A DNA stretch of 64,000 bases from an uncultured virus (IMG/VR IMGVR_UViG_3300000304_000066) (IMGVR_UViG_3300000304_000066), one strand, 5' to 3'; counted from the first letter of the stretch, positions 40,020 to 51,398 are shown. A program made the numbers and translations. Notes: generated by a model not told the origin, from the letters alone.

Positions 40020-42593
40020 ATGGAAAGAACAGTTAATACATTTCCAATTCAAAGACTACCACTTAGCAAAAAGAATGAAGAATGGCGTAAGGATTGTGTA
40101 GATTATATTATTGGAATATCTGGAATAGCCTCATCTAGTAGTATTCCAGATGAAGAAGAAATGCAAAGCTATTATGATCTATATAATAGCATATACAATG
40201 AAAAAGATTTAAAGTATGTAACTAATCCTTTTAATCAGGATGATGGTTTCCCAGCAATGGCTCAAGATTACAATATAATCAGACCAAAGATTGATTTATT
40301 ACTTGGGGAAGAAACTAAACGTCCTTTTAACTTCAAGGTATGTCGTACTAGCGATATAGCAAGTAGTGAGATACAAGATAAAGCTAAACAAATGTTGCTT
40401 AGTTATATTCAAGCTGCTATTATGGCTAGAATGAGTCCTGAAGATCAAGCTAGATTTCAAGAAGGATTACAAACAGGTGAGATACAAACCCCTGAAGAAA
40501 TTCAGAGATACCTTACTAAGGAATATAAGGATACAGCTGAGATTACAGCATATCAAAGCCTGATGTATTTACTCAAGAAAGAGAATATAACTCATGAGTT
40601 TGTAAAAGGATTTAAAGACGGATTAGTTGCAGGACTAGAAGAATATTATATTGGTATAAGAAATGGAGAACCTGTAGTAGAGAAAGTTAATCCTAAAGAC
40701 TTTAAATACTCCATTGAAGAAGGGGTTGAATTTATTCATGATTCATCTTGGTGTTGTCGTAAAATGTTAATGTCATGGAGTCAGATATATGATCAATTCT
40801 ATGACAAGATGAATGAAAAGCAACAAAATGAATTATTGGAAATAGTTAATCAAAAACCTTCATCAGGTTATGGTCCAGATAAAAGTCCCGTAGATGATTT
40901 TGTACATTATAAATTAAGATCTTATACTTCATTACCATATGATAATCCATACAATGATTTAGACAATATAATAGTATATCATGTATGTTGGAAATCATTG
41001 AAGAAGATAGGTTTTGTAACATTTATTGATCCTGAAACTGGTTTACCAGAAGAGATACAAGTAGATGAATTCTACAAACCTACTGGTGATGAAATTAATT
41101 TAGAATGGAAATGGATTATTGAAGTATGGGAAGGATATAGAGCAGGCGATGATCTTTACTTTGGTATGGGGCCACTAGAATATCAATTCCGTAGAGGCGA
41201 TAATTTGAATAGTGCAAGATTACCATACACAGGTGCAGCTTATAGTAATACCAACAGTAAAGCTAAATCTCTCGTAGCTATAATGAAACCATTGCAATAC
41301 ATGTATATCATACTTTGGTACCGATTGGAATTAGCTATAGCAAGAGATAAAGGTAAAATACCAGTTATTGATGTCACACAAATACCTAAGAGTATGGGTA
41401 TAGATATTGATAAATGGATGCACTACTTAAGTGCTTTAGGTGTAGCATTTGTTAATCCTTACGATGAAGGATGGGATATACCTGGTAGAGAAGGCGGTAA
41501 ACCATCTCCATATAATCAATGGGCATCTATTGATGCAAGTATGTCTAATACTATTAATACTTACATTGGGTTACTTGACAAGATAGAGGAAATGGTATCC
41601 GAATTATCCGGAGTAAGTAAACAAAGACAAGGTGCTATATCAAGCAATGAGTTAGTAGGAAATGTTGAACGTTCTGTAGTTCAATCTGCACATATTACTG
41701 AACCTTGGTTCTGGTTACATAATCAGATAAAAAAACATGTATTGAGCATGTTATTAGATACTGCTAAGTACGCTTGGAAAGATACTAAAACTTATTTAAA
41801 TTATATATTTGATGAAGGTACTAGAACATTCTTACAAATAGATGAGAACTTCGCATATGAAGACTATGATATATTTGTAAGCGATAGTACTAAGGAAAAT
41901 CAAATGATTGAACAATTACAATCCCTTATTCAACCTGCTATGCAGAATGGTGCTTCATTATTAGACGCTGCTGAGATCCTTACTATGGATAACCTGAGTA
42001 TGATCAAGAATAAACTACGCGAAATTGAAAATGCTAGATTAGAACAACAGCAAGCTATGCAACAGCAAGAGGCTCAACAACAGCAACAACTTGTACAGAT
42101 GCAGAATGAAGTTAAGGAAGAAGAGCTTATGCTTAAAGAAGCCGAACTTGGTTTACAGAAATATAAGATTGATCAAGATAATGCTACTAAGATTACTGTT
42201 GCCCAATTAAATGCATATCGAAATGCAGAGAATATGGATCAGGATATGAATGGTATACCTGATGTTCAAGAGATAGCACAAACTGCATTGCAACAACAGA
42301 AAATTGCTTCTGATGCAGCAGCTAAGCAAATGGATTTAAATAATAAAGCTAGAGCTGAGGAAAATAAGAAAGAAATTGAAAAACGTAAGATAGAAGCTCA
42401 AAAAGAATCAGAAAAGATTAAAGCTACTATTGAACGTGAAAAATTAGCTTTAGAAAAGCGTAAACTCGAAGAAGCTAGAAAGTTGCAGAAACAGAAGGAT
42501 GACGCAGCTTATAAACGAGAACAATTAAAAGCCAAAACTGCTCTTAGAAATAAGACCAATGCAGAAGCGGCAAGATCTAAAACTAAAAAATAG
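40020..42593 (+). CDS. portal protein
   Basis: 857 aa directly after TerL; YNIIRPKIDLLLGEE; Q-rich coiled-coil C-terminus. Confidence 0.88.
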   Translation: MERTVNTFPIQRLPLSKKNEEWRKDCVDYIIGISGIASSSSIPDEEEMQSYYDLYNSIYNEKDLKYVTNPFNQDDGFPAMAQDYNIIRPKIDLLLGEETKRPFNFKVCRTSDIASSEIQDKAKQMLLSYIQAAIMARMSPEDQARFQEGLQTGEIQTPEEIQRYLTKEYKDTAEITAYQSLMYLLKKENITHEFVKGFKDGLVAGLEEYYIGIRNGEPVVEKVNPKDFKYSIEEGVEFIHDSSWCCRKMLMSWSQIYDQFYDKMNEKQQNELLEIVNQKPSSGYGPDKSPVDDFVHYKLRSYTSLPYDNPYNDLDNIIVYHVCWKSLKKIGFVTFIDPETGLPEEIQVDEFYKPTGDEINLEWKWIIEVWEGYRAGDDLYFGMGPLEYQFRRGDNLNSARLPYTGAAYSNTNSKAKSLVAIMKPLQYMYIILWYRLELAIARDKGKIPVIDVTQIPKSMGIDIDKWMHYLSALGVAFVNPYDEGWDIPGREGGKPSPYNQWASIDASMSNTINTYIGLLDKIEEMVSELSGVSKQRQGAISSNELVGNVERSVVQSAHITEPWFWLHNQIKKHVLSMLLDTAKYAWKDTKTYLNYIFDEGTRTFLQIDENFAYEDYDIFVSDSTKENQMIEQLQSLIQPAMQNGASLLDAAEILTMDNLSMIKNKLREIENARLEQQQAMQQQEAQQQQQLVQMQNEVKEEELMLKEAELGLQKYKIDQDNATKITVAQLNAYRNAENMDQDMNGIPDVQEIAQTALQQQKIASDAAAKQMDLNNKARAEENKKEIEKRKIEAQKESEKIKATIEREKLALEKRKLEEARKLQKQKDDAAYKREQLKAKTALRNKTNAEAARSKTKK

Positions 42594-42605
42594 GAGAACA
42601 TAATT

Positions 42606-42680
42606 ATGGCATGTAAAGGTGGAAGCAAAAAGTCTGGAAAGTCTGGTAAGACTGGAAAGTCTGGTAAAGGTGGTAAGTAA
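42606..42680 (+). CDS. 24-aa G/K/S micro-protein, not in ORF track
   Basis: MACKGGSKKSGKSGKTGKSGKGGK*; abuts the next ATG at 42682. Confidence 0.6.
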   Translation: MACKGGSKKSGKSGKTGKSGKGGK

Positions 42681-42681
42681 T

Positions 42682-44331
42682 ATGAAATGGAATGATCTAA
42701 CTCTTAAAGAGAGAAAGAAGATATATGATAGTGTCAGGGCTCAAAACCCTGATACTACATATCTTGATATTAAACAACAGTTTGATTCTATTCCTGAGTA
42801 TGAGGATGGTAGTAAAGTAATTAATTTAGTAAATAAAAGTAATGCAGATTTTGTTGAAAGATTAAAATCTCCTACTAGACAAGTTATAGATGATTGGGAA
42901 ACTCAGTACATAAGTCCTTATTTTCCTAAAACGGATAAAAATTTTCAATTAAATCATCATAGTATAGCTACTCATAAAATGAGTGCATGGGAAGGAGAAA
43001 ATGGCACAGGATTGATTGTTCCAACTGTACAAAGAAAAAATAACGAACTTGTTGATTTTTCACGTCCTCCATATAATGATAGAGCTGCATTATACAATGC
43101 TTTAAAAACTGGAGATTTTGTAGAAACCCCCACATACAAAGATGCTGAATGGTTTACTCAAAATTATAAAAAATATTATCCAAGCTTTGAAGATGGTGGT
43201 AAGAAATTAAAGAAAGAAGATTTACCACCTGAATATAGAGTAGGTACTCCGGAATATTTTGAAAGACAACGTCGTATTTCTGGTAGAGCTGAGGTAGTTC
43301 AACCTGAAGCATATGTTACTCCAGCAGGTTATTTAAAAGATGCTATAACTACTGCTGAAGAATTAGAGCAAGGCAATTACGGTAATGCTACAGTAAGTGC
43401 ACTAATGAACGCAATACCGTGGGGAGTAGGTAAAGCTATAAAAAGAATTAAATCTGCATTAAATGCTCCTACTACTGTTAAATACAGTATGTTTGATGAA
43501 TACCCATCAGTTGCTGTTAAAACTAAAAGTAAGAAGAAAACTAAAAACGAAAGTGATTATGATTCTGAGTTTTCTGAAGTAATCAGAAGGGATAGAAATA
43601 TACAAAAATATAGTAAAGAAATAAATAAAACTATTGAGGACGCTATATTACCAGATGCATCTACTAAGGATTTAATAAAAAGAATAGATAAACAATACAA
43701 TACCGATTATGAAGATGCTTATAAAAGGATTGCCATTCGAGATATGACGAATCGTGGTAAATATATAAAATATCAAGAATTACCGGAAGGTAAAAATGCA
43801 AATATTAGTAGAGTAAGATCTGTAGAAGATTATGGCCCTGTAGTGAATGATTATGTGATTACTATAGATCCTTTACAATATGTACCTGGTACGGCGAATC
43901 ATGAATTAGGTCACTTGGCAGATCAACTAGCAAGTAATCCAGAAACTAATAATTATTTACTATATTTATTAGATGAAGGAAATGTAATGGGTCCTGGCGA
44001 ATTACGCGCTAGAGGAATTAATATATCTCCTAATACTCAGGCATATTTGTTAGATCCTAGTGAAGCTAAATCACACATGTTACATTTGAAAAGAGCATTA
44101 GTAAATGAAGGTAAAATACATGATTGGGGGAGTACTGTGGATCAAAATACAATAGAAAACTTCTTATTCGATCCCAGAAATTCTGGAGTAGTAAACAAAA
44201 TGAATCAAAATCAGTACAATATGTATAGAGACAAATCTAGATTTGTACAGAGAATTAACCAACTTACTCCGATGGATTATCTTACTCCAATGGCTTTACC
44301 ATTTGTGGGATATGAATTAAATGAAGAATAA
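42682..44331 (+). CDS. virion-associated modular protein with zincin HExxH motif
   Basis: ANHELGHLAD; YEDG/FEDGG linkers; start moved to MKWNDL. Confidence 0.7.
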   Translation: MKWNDLTLKERKKIYDSVRAQNPDTTYLDIKQQFDSIPEYEDGSKVINLVNKSNADFVERLKSPTRQVIDDWETQYISPYFPKTDKNFQLNHHSIATHKMSAWEGENGTGLIVPTVQRKNNELVDFSRPPYNDRAALYNALKTGDFVETPTYKDAEWFTQNYKKYYPSFEDGGKKLKKEDLPPEYRVGTPEYFERQRRISGRAEVVQPEAYVTPAGYLKDAITTAEELEQGNYGNATVSALMNAIPWGVGKAIKRIKSALNAPTTVKYSMFDEYPSVAVKTKSKKKTKNESDYDSEFSEVIRRDRNIQKYSKEINKTIEDAILPDASTKDLIKRIDKQYNTDYEDAYKRIAIRDMTNRGKYIKYQELPEGKNANISRVRSVEDYGPVVNDYVITIDPLQYVPGTANHELGHLADQLASNPETNNYLLYLLDEGNVMGPGELRARGINISPNTQAYLLDPSEAKSHMLHLKRALVNEGKIHDWGSTVDQNTIENFLFDPRNSGVVNKMNQNQYNMYRDKSRFVQRINQLTPMDYLTPMALPFVGYELNEE

Positions 44332-44539
44332 TATGGAAAGTATATATCCAATATACCCAATTCCATCTTATAAAGATGGTGGTATACACATCAAGAAAAA
44401 GAATAGAGGTAAATTCAATGCTTTAAAGAAAAGAACAGGAAAAACTACCGAAGAATTAACTCATAGTAAGAATCCACTTACAAGGAAGCGCGCAATCTTT
44501 GCTCAGAACGCCGCACGTTGGAATAAAAGAAAGAAATAA
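44321..44539 (+). CDS. small basic virion-core-like protein
   Basis: YKDGGIHIKKKNRGKF...RKRAIFAQNA. Confidence 0.65.
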   Translation: MKNNMESIYPIYPIPSYKDGGIHIKKKNRGKFNALKKRTGKTTEELTHSKNPLTRKRAIFAQNAARWNKRKK

Positions 44540-44559
44540 CAATATCTAATTATATAATT

Positions 44560-45726
44560 ATGGATAACAATAGTAAAGATACACTATTTGGATTTACGGC
44601 AATAACCGATATGTTTACGGAGCAAGGTCAGGAATATATTCCCGATAATGAAGAAATTGATGACGAGGAGTTAGAGAGACTTAAACAAGAGTCTGCTAAA
44701 GCTAGACCTAAGACTCCAGGAGCTAAGAAAAAAGAAGAGGAAGAGCAAGAGATCGAAGAAGAGGAAAAGGAAGAAGAGGAAGTAGAAGAGAAAACTACTA
44801 AGAAGAAGAAAGATATTGAAACTGAATCTGAAGAGGAGGAAGTAGAAATCGAAGAAATTAAAGAAGAGGAAAAAAGTGAAGAAGATGAACTTGAATCCAA
44901 ACAAGTAACTGCCTTATTCGATGCAATTGCTGAAGAATTAGATTGGGAATTCGATGATGATGAAAAAGAAGAGAAACCTAAGACTGTAGAGGATTTGGTT
45001 AAATACTTCAAAGAAGTTATCGAAGAGCAATCTGTACCCGAATTTGCTAGTGAAGAAGTTGCAAAGTTAGATGAGTTTGTACGCAATGGTGGTAAACTCG
45101 AAGATTATTTCTCCATTACTCCAGATATTGACTTCGATAATATTGATATGGAAGATGAGAATAACCAGAAGCTAGTACTTAAGGAATTATTGGCTAGAAA
45201 AGGTTATAGTGATAAACAAATCAATAAGAAAATTGAAAGATTTGAAGACGCGGGAGTATTAGAGGATGAAGCTAAAGATGCTATTGAAGAACTTCAAGAG
45301 ATCGATAGTAAGGAAAAAGAACAGCTATTAGAGCAACAGAGAATAAAGAAACAGGAACTAGTAGAGCGTCAACAAAAGTTTTTTGATGACGTTGTCGGTG
45401 AAATAAAATCCTTGGACAACATACGTGGTATTAAAATACCAGCTAAGGATAAGAAAGAATTATTAACTTATATATTTAAAGTTGACGCTAACGGTAAAAC
45501 ACAATATCAGAAAGATTATTCCAAAAGTGTCAAGAATTTAATAGAGTCAGCTTACTTTACAATGCGAGGAGATACTTTATTAGATGCCGCCAAGAAACAG
45601 GGCACCAGTTCTGCTATTAAGAATCTAAAGAATAGCCTCAGATCAACGAGCGTTAGTAAAGGTACTAAACGAATTAATACAAGTTCGTCTAACTCTATTT
45701 TTAGTCGTGCAGTACAACTACTTTAA
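44560..45726 (+). CDS. acidic scaffold-like protein upstream of MCP
   Basis: Glu-rich 388-aa ORF; position. Confidence 0.7.
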   Translation: MDNNSKDTLFGFTAITDMFTEQGQEYIPDNEEIDDEELERLKQESAKARPKTPGAKKKEEEEQEIEEEEKEEEEVEEKTTKKKKDIETESEEEEVEIEEIKEEEKSEEDELESKQVTALFDAIAEELDWEFDDDEKEEKPKTVEDLVKYFKEVIEEQSVPEFASEEVAKLDEFVRNGGKLEDYFSITPDIDFDNIDMEDENNQKLVLKELLARKGYSDKQINKKIERFEDAGVLEDEAKDAIEELQEIDSKEKEQLLEQQRIKKQELVERQQKFFDDVVGEIKSLDNIRGIKIPAKDKKELLTYIFKVDANGKTQYQKDYSKSVKNLIESAYFTMRGDTLLDAAKKQGTSSAIKNLKNSLRSTSVSKGTKRINTSSSNSIFSRAVQLL

Positions 45727-45748
45727 TTAAAACTAATTACTACATTAT

Positions 45749-47322
45749 ATGGATAACGGAATTTTGAATAATCTCCAGATCGGTCGTGGTAAATGGTTCT
45801 CTGACTTGGTTGATGAGAATATGATCAGCAATGCTATGCTGACTAGACCATATGAGGTTACGCGTGTTATCTCCTATGTATTTGGTACTAAGGATGATGG
45901 CTATAGTACTTCTTTGGATGCTATTACTGGTGGTCTGGGGAATGTGATGACAATTGATCAAAGAGATTATGAATGGTCTGTAATGATCGATGCTGACAGA
46001 GCTGTAACTATTCGCTCTGCAAAATGGCAAGGAACAGAAATTACTTCTGGTAACGCAGATACAATTTTAGCCGGAATTGGTAATACTCCGATTCAATTGT
46101 GGCTCGAAGATAAATGGTTTGGTCCAGGCGCCATCTTGGAATTTGATGATAGAGAGTATCAAGTACGTGTATCTGGTGCTCCTTATCAAGATGGTAATGA
46201 GTGGGTTTATACCTGCTTTGTAGCTGATGGACAATCCAACTCTTATATTCCTGGTAAGTATTTGTTAGCCGGTCGTCAAGTTTCTCGCTTGGCATCAGCT
46301 TATGAGGAATACAGTGAAGAGGGGGATATCCTGAACTACAACACTCACTTCAAGATGAGAAACTTCTTGTTTACTACTCGTCTTGATTATGATATCACGG
46401 GTACGGCTTATTCTACTGTACTGTGGATCGCTTTGAAAGATCCTAAGACTGGTAAGACTTCTTATTTGTGGTCTGATTATCAGGAGTGGAAGGCTTTACG
46501 TGAGTGGTCTAAGAGATGTGAGAGAATGATGGTTTACTCTAAATCTAATGTAAACAAAGATGGTTCTACGTCTTTGATGGGTACAAATGGTAGACCTGTT
46601 TATATTCCTGCAGGTTTGTTGCAACAGATCGCCCCGTCTAACAGACGTTATTACACAGAACTTACTCCAGAATTGTTGGAAGACTTCTTGTTTGACTTGT
46701 CTTACAATATTTTGGGTACGAATGAGCGTAAGTTCATCGCCTTGACTGGTGAGATGGGTATGCGTGAGTTTGATCGTGTATTGAAAGCTAAAGCAGCTAC
46801 TATGAACTTGATTGATACGAAGTTTATCTCTGGTTCTGGTCAGTCTTTAGTTTTGGGTGGACAGTTCATTACTTATAAAATGACGAACGGTATCGAGTTG
46901 ACGTTAAAGCATTTCCCGTTGTATGATGATACTACTTACAATCGTCTGTTGCACCCGATNNNNNNNNNNNNNNNNNNNNNNNNNNNNNNNNNNNNNNNNN
47001 NNNNNNNNNNNNNNNNNNNNNNNNNNNNNNNNNNNNNNNNNNNNNNNNNNNNNNNNNNNNNNNNNNNNNNNNNNNNNNNNNNNNNNNNNNNNNNNNNNNN
47101 NNNNNNNNNNNNNNCATCGTAAAGGTTGTTCGTAAAGACCGTGAGATGGTTATCTGGAATACTTCAGGTTCTGTAGCTCCGGGTACTGGTTATGGAAAGA
47201 ATAAATCTACAGTACGTTCGAATGCTAAGGATGGATATTCTGTCCACATGCTTGGGGAAATGGGTATTATGCTCCGTGATCCCAGGGCTTGTGGGGAGCT
47301 CATCATGGAAGTAGATGAATAA
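45749..47322 (+). CDS. major capsid protein (contains N-gap)
   Basis: Position, size and biased codon use; GLLQQI, TGEMG, MGIMLRDP; stop at 47320-47322 after the gap. Confidence 0.88.
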
Positions 47323-47425
47323 TCGGTTGCTTGCGGTGCATTCATTTAAATAATATAATTCTTGTTGTTGGGTATACAAAAGTGTACCCATACAATAAGG
47401 ATATTTTAATACAATAAGATATACT

Positions 47426-48178
47426 ATGGAAGTAATATTAAGATTCGCCCGAAAGAATCCTTGGGCTGGAATAGCTAAGTATAAGAATTGTAAAGACTAT
47501 ATTAGTACATATTGGACCAGATCTGGTAACAGATATACTGGTTTAACTCCAGAAGATGCAAGAAGATTGGAGAAAGAAATTGGTTATGAAGAGGGTCACT
47601 TAGCTCCGCAAAGTGCATTCTGGAAGAGATACGCAATCGCATTGGGTACTAAAGATGTAGTATTACATACTGAAAGACCCGAAGACGAATTAGCGTATTT
47701 ATTTTTGAAAAACCATAGAAGAGTAGCTAACGGCATTGCTAATATTAGACCAGTACATGATTATGTACTTGTTAATAAGGAAGTAGAAGCCGAAGAAGCT
47801 AATAGAAGAAATAAAGTTAAACGTGAAGCATTTGCTGAATTCAATAAGATGTCTATCGAAGAAATGCGTAAATGTTTGCGTTTATACGGTCGTAAGACAG
47901 ATAACATTAGTAATGAGCTTATTGAAAGTAGCTTATTTGAATTAATTGAAAGTGATCCTAATAAGTTCTTCTTAATTTGGGTAAATAACAAAGTAAGAGA
48001 TACACAGTATATCATTGAAACTGCTATCTCTAAGAACATTATTCGTAAATCCAAGAATGTTTATTACTATGGCACAGATGTTATTGGTAGAAGTTTGGAA
48101 GATGCTATTTCTAACTTAGATGATAAGAAGAACCAAGATTTGAAATTAACGATCTTACAAGAGATAGAATCTAAATAA
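47426..48178 (+). CDS. conserved crAss-like protein downstream of MCP
   Basis: 250-aa ORF; position. Confidence 0.7.
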   Translation: MEVILRFARKNPWAGIAKYKNCKDYISTYWTRSGNRYTGLTPEDARRLEKEIGYEEGHLAPQSAFWKRYAIALGTKDVVLHTERPEDELAYLFLKNHRRVANGIANIRPVHDYVLVNKEVEAEEANRRNKVKREAFAEFNKMSIEEMRKCLRLYGRKTDNISNELIESSLFELIESDPNKFFLIWVNNKVRDTQYIIETAISKNIIRKSKNVYYYGTDVIGRSLEDAISNLDDKKNQDLKLTILQEIESK

Positions 48179-48179
48179 T

Positions 48180-48893
48180 ATGACAGTATCAGAAGCACAT
48201 ATCGCATTTAAAATAGAAACAGACAAAAATGCAGTAAATATTGGTATGTCTGGTTGTCCTTCTTTCTTGCCAGAAGAAATTGACTATTGGTTATATACTG
48301 CGTATCTTATTAAGATTGCTACTAAGTTTACTGGTAATAATAATCTACAAGCTCCTTTTGAAGGTAATATCAAAAGGGTTGCAGATTTAGAGGGATTGGT
48401 TAGAACTGATAAAAGTCTAACTTTAATGAGTGAATCCATCAGTAATAGATTAACATTAAATGATTTTAAATCTTCTATTACTTATGGTAGTATTACTCAG
48501 GACAAGCGTATGTACTTCATACAAGGTATTTTACATTTTGGTAGTAGTAATCAAATAGCAACTATAAAACCTATTAGTCATGAGCAATCTCAAAGATTCT
48601 TAGAAACTTACAACAACAGACCTTGGATAGAAGAGCCAGTAGCTGTACTTGAAGATAATAAAATAATTATATTTGTAGATAGAGATTTAATGGTAGGTCC
48701 TTATACTTTAGATCTTACTTACCTAGCTTATCCTAGAAAAATAAATAACCAAGATATTACTTCTACTCTAGATGAAGTTCCTGAGTACATACAATATGAA
48801 GTGGTTAAATTAGCTGCTGATATGGCAATAGAGAATATTGAATCACAAAGGTCTCAAACTCATCCACCATACGTAACACAATTATCAGAATAA
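48180..48893 (+). CDS. tail ring / adaptor protein (paralog 1)
   Basis: EEIDYWL...YLAYPRKI...EVVKLAA. Confidence 0.7.
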   Translation: MTVSEAHIAFKIETDKNAVNIGMSGCPSFLPEEIDYWLYTAYLIKIATKFTGNNNLQAPFEGNIKRVADLEGLVRTDKSLTLMSESISNRLTLNDFKSSITYGSITQDKRMYFIQGILHFGSSNQIATIKPISHEQSQRFLETYNNRPWIEEPVAVLEDNKIIIFVDRDLMVGPYTLDLTYLAYPRKINNQDITSTLDEVPEYIQYEVVKLAADMAIENIESQRSQTHPPYVTQLSE

Positions 48894-48895
48894 TC

Positions 48896-49591
48896 ATGAG
48901 TAGTAAAGAAATGCAAATGGAATTTGAGCGCAGGATACAATTAATAGATCCTCAGCTCATTATAAATGAGAAACCAAATTCAGATCTCATTTTCTCTATA
49001 TTGAATGAAGCTCAAGATAGATATGTAATGATGAATTATGTTGGTGATGATCAAATGGAAGCTGAAACAAATACTCATACAAAGAATACAGATTCTATTA
49101 AGAGTTTATTAGTTGAAAAAGAATTAACATCTACAGGTGTAACAGCTAATGGTTTTACTAGATATAGATTACCTAATTCAGTTAGCGATGAATACTTCTT
49201 ATATGTACATTCCTTCAGTAAGGTAAAAGGTACATATAAGCAATATAAAGATTACGTTAAAGTAGATAATCAATTAGTTAAATATAGGGATTTAGGTAAG
49301 TTTATTAAAACTGCATATAATACACCGATAATTAGACAACCGGCAGTAGCATTAGTATCTGATCCTACAACTAAATATATGTATTTAGAAGTAGCAGTTG
49401 ATGCTTATACCACATTAGGTAATGTAGTACTTACTTACTATAGAAAACCCTTAAGATTCAATACCATTAATGGAACTACTAAATGTGAATTACCTGAGTC
49501 AATACACAGTGAGATTGTAGATCTTGCGGTAGATATGTTTATTAATGAAGGTAGATATAGATTACAAACTAAACCAAATAACAATCAATAA
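48896..49591 (+). CDS. tail ring / adaptor protein (paralog 2)
   Basis: LNEAQD...YYRKP...ELPESIHSEIVDLAV. Confidence 0.7.
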   Translation: MSSKEMQMEFERRIQLIDPQLIINEKPNSDLIFSILNEAQDRYVMMNYVGDDQMEAETNTHTKNTDSIKSLLVEKELTSTGVTANGFTRYRLPNSVSDEYFLYVHSFSKVKGTYKQYKDYVKVDNQLVKYRDLGKFIKTAYNTPIIRQPAVALVSDPTTKYMYLEVAVDAYTTLGNVVLTYYRKPLRFNTINGTTKCELPESIHSEIVDLAVDMFINEGRYRLQTKPNNNQ

Positions 49592-50292
49592 TGACATACA
49601 ATGAACTTCAGGTCGCTTTTGAATTAGAAATAGACCAAATAGATAGTAACTTAACTAAGCCTACTACTTCGGATATGGAATATTGGTTGATGGCAGGTTT
49701 AGATAAATTCATTAAGACAAGATACTCTGGTATTAACTTTAAACGTACTGGATTTGAACAAGACCAAAAACGTATAGATGATTTACGTACTTTGGTAACT
49801 AGGAAAAGTTATTCGTTTACTACATATCCAGAAGAGTATACAGTTACATTACCAAGTGATTATATGCTTACTCTAGGTGAAACCGCTGTAATATTTAGCT
49901 ATGATATTTGTTGGCCTGTGGGGCCCAGCGGACAACCTAGAACAAAAAATACAGATGTGTTAGAAGCCACAGTAGAGAACATAGACAGACAGAGAGAGAA
50001 TAGTTTGTCTGAATATAGATTACATGGTAGATCTGCAAGACCATTGAGATTATATCAAGGAAATGAGGTCCATCTGTATACTGATGGTAACTATCACATT
50101 AAAAACTATATTCTCACTTACTTGAGAACACCTAAAAAGATTAGTCTTACTGATGCACCATTTACAGAATATACTGATATGCCTGCAGCTACACATCAAG
50201 AAATAGTTAAAATGGCAGTTCAATTGTATTTGGAAAATCAAGCTAATCCTAGATATCAATCGTATGTTAACGAAACATCTACGATGGAATAA
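49591..50292 (+). CDS. tail ring / adaptor protein (paralog 3)
   Basis: FEQDQKRIDDLRTLV...YLRTP...HQEIVKMAV. Confidence 0.7.
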   Translation: MTYNELQVAFELEIDQIDSNLTKPTTSDMEYWLMAGLDKFIKTRYSGINFKRTGFEQDQKRIDDLRTLVTRKSYSFTTYPEEYTVTLPSDYMLTLGETAVIFSYDICWPVGPSGQPRTKNTDVLEATVENIDRQRENSLSEYRLHGRSARPLRLYQGNEVHLYTDGNYHIKNYILTYLRTPKKISLTDAPFTEYTDMPAATHQEIVKMAVQLYLENQANPRYQSYVNETSTME

Positions 50293-50420
50293 TCCCGCTT
50301 TATTGTGAAAATAAAGCCTGTTTTAGTTTGACGAGGAAAGGCTGAAATAAGCTGAGTAGAAGAACTAAATTCATAGTTAAACTAAAGCGCTTAATAGTTT
50401 AATTAAAATAATAATAGAAT

Positions 50421-51398
50421 ATGCTTAATCATGTAAATACGGTACTGATTGGTACCGATGCACCTGCTTCTTACACGACTGCAGATGCTTTGACCGAGGG
50501 TCAGATTGCGTTGTTCGATGAGAATCGTGCAATTGTAAAAGATGCTACTGGAGCAAAAGCAGCTTCTATGCTGTATATTGGTGTTTGCGAAGGTAAAGAA
50601 GATGTTTATAATGAGGCTGGTACGAAAACTACGAAAGCTATTATCCATTATTCTATGCCGATTATGAAGGGTTCTCATCCTCATATGGTATTTACGGAAT
50701 ATTCTGCACCAGCTGAAGATAAGATTGTAATCACAGCTACTAGCGTTACTCCGGAAGTAGGACATCGTTATGTATTGCGTTTGGTTTACAATGACATCTA
50801 TGAGCATCCGGGACAGTTTACTCATACTTATGAAGTAATTGCTAAGACTACTAGCGCTACGGATCTTATTACTTCTTTCAAGAACAAGATTAACAAACAT
50901 AATAACGCCAGAGTAGTTGCAGAAAGTTCTGCTGCTGTCTTGACTCTGACTGCTAAAGAGATGCCGTATGATGAGGGTATTATGATTGATACTCCTTATT
51001 CACAGGTTTCTGTAGAAGCTTTTATGTGGACTACAATTCCTTCTGGTATTTTGAGTAATGCAATGTATCCAATTTCTAATTTGACTATTGCTAAGACTCA
51101 GGGTACTCCGGGTAAGGGTAATCCGAAGATTGTTCGCGATCGTGAAGAAGCCGCTTTTGGTTACAGAGGTATTACTCATCGTGAAAATGGTATTTATCCA
51201 TATATTGCTCCTAAATTGAGAACAGATTTAAGTGCTACGTATGATACCTTGACAGTTGAATGGGATAACAAATACCTTAGCGATGACAACCAGTACATCA
51301 AAACTACTCCTTTGGCTTGTGAGCTATATGTAAATGCTGGTGAAATTGAAGGCTCTGCATTTAAAACAGCTTTAGATGCATTTATTGCAGAAGCTTAA
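50421..51398 (+). CDS. abundant structural protein (auxiliary capsid-like)
   Basis: 325 aa with MCP-like codon bias, followed by a terminator. Confidence 0.6.
   Translation: MLNHVNTVLIGTDAPASYTTADALTEGQIALFDENRAIVKDATGAKAASMLYIGVCEGKEDVYNEAGTKTTKAIIHYSMPIMKGSHPHMVFTEYSAPAEDKIVITATSVTPEVGHRYVLRLVYNDIYEHPGQFTHTYEVIAKTTSATDLITSFKNKINKHNNARVVAESSAAVLTLTAKEMPYDEGIMIDTPYSQVSVEAFMWTTIPSGILSNAMYPISNLTIAKTQGTPGKGNPKIVRDREEAAFGYRGITHRENGIYPYIAPKLRTDLSATYDTLTVEWDNKYLSDDNQYIKTTPLACELYVNAGEIEGSAFKTALDAFIAEA

Noticed and set aside
44628..45086. Ser/Phe-rich minus-strand ORFs and similar shadow ORFs (e.g. 57623-58123, 13561-13860)
   Set aside because: They are antisense shadows of Glu/Lys-rich or collagen-repeat genes.
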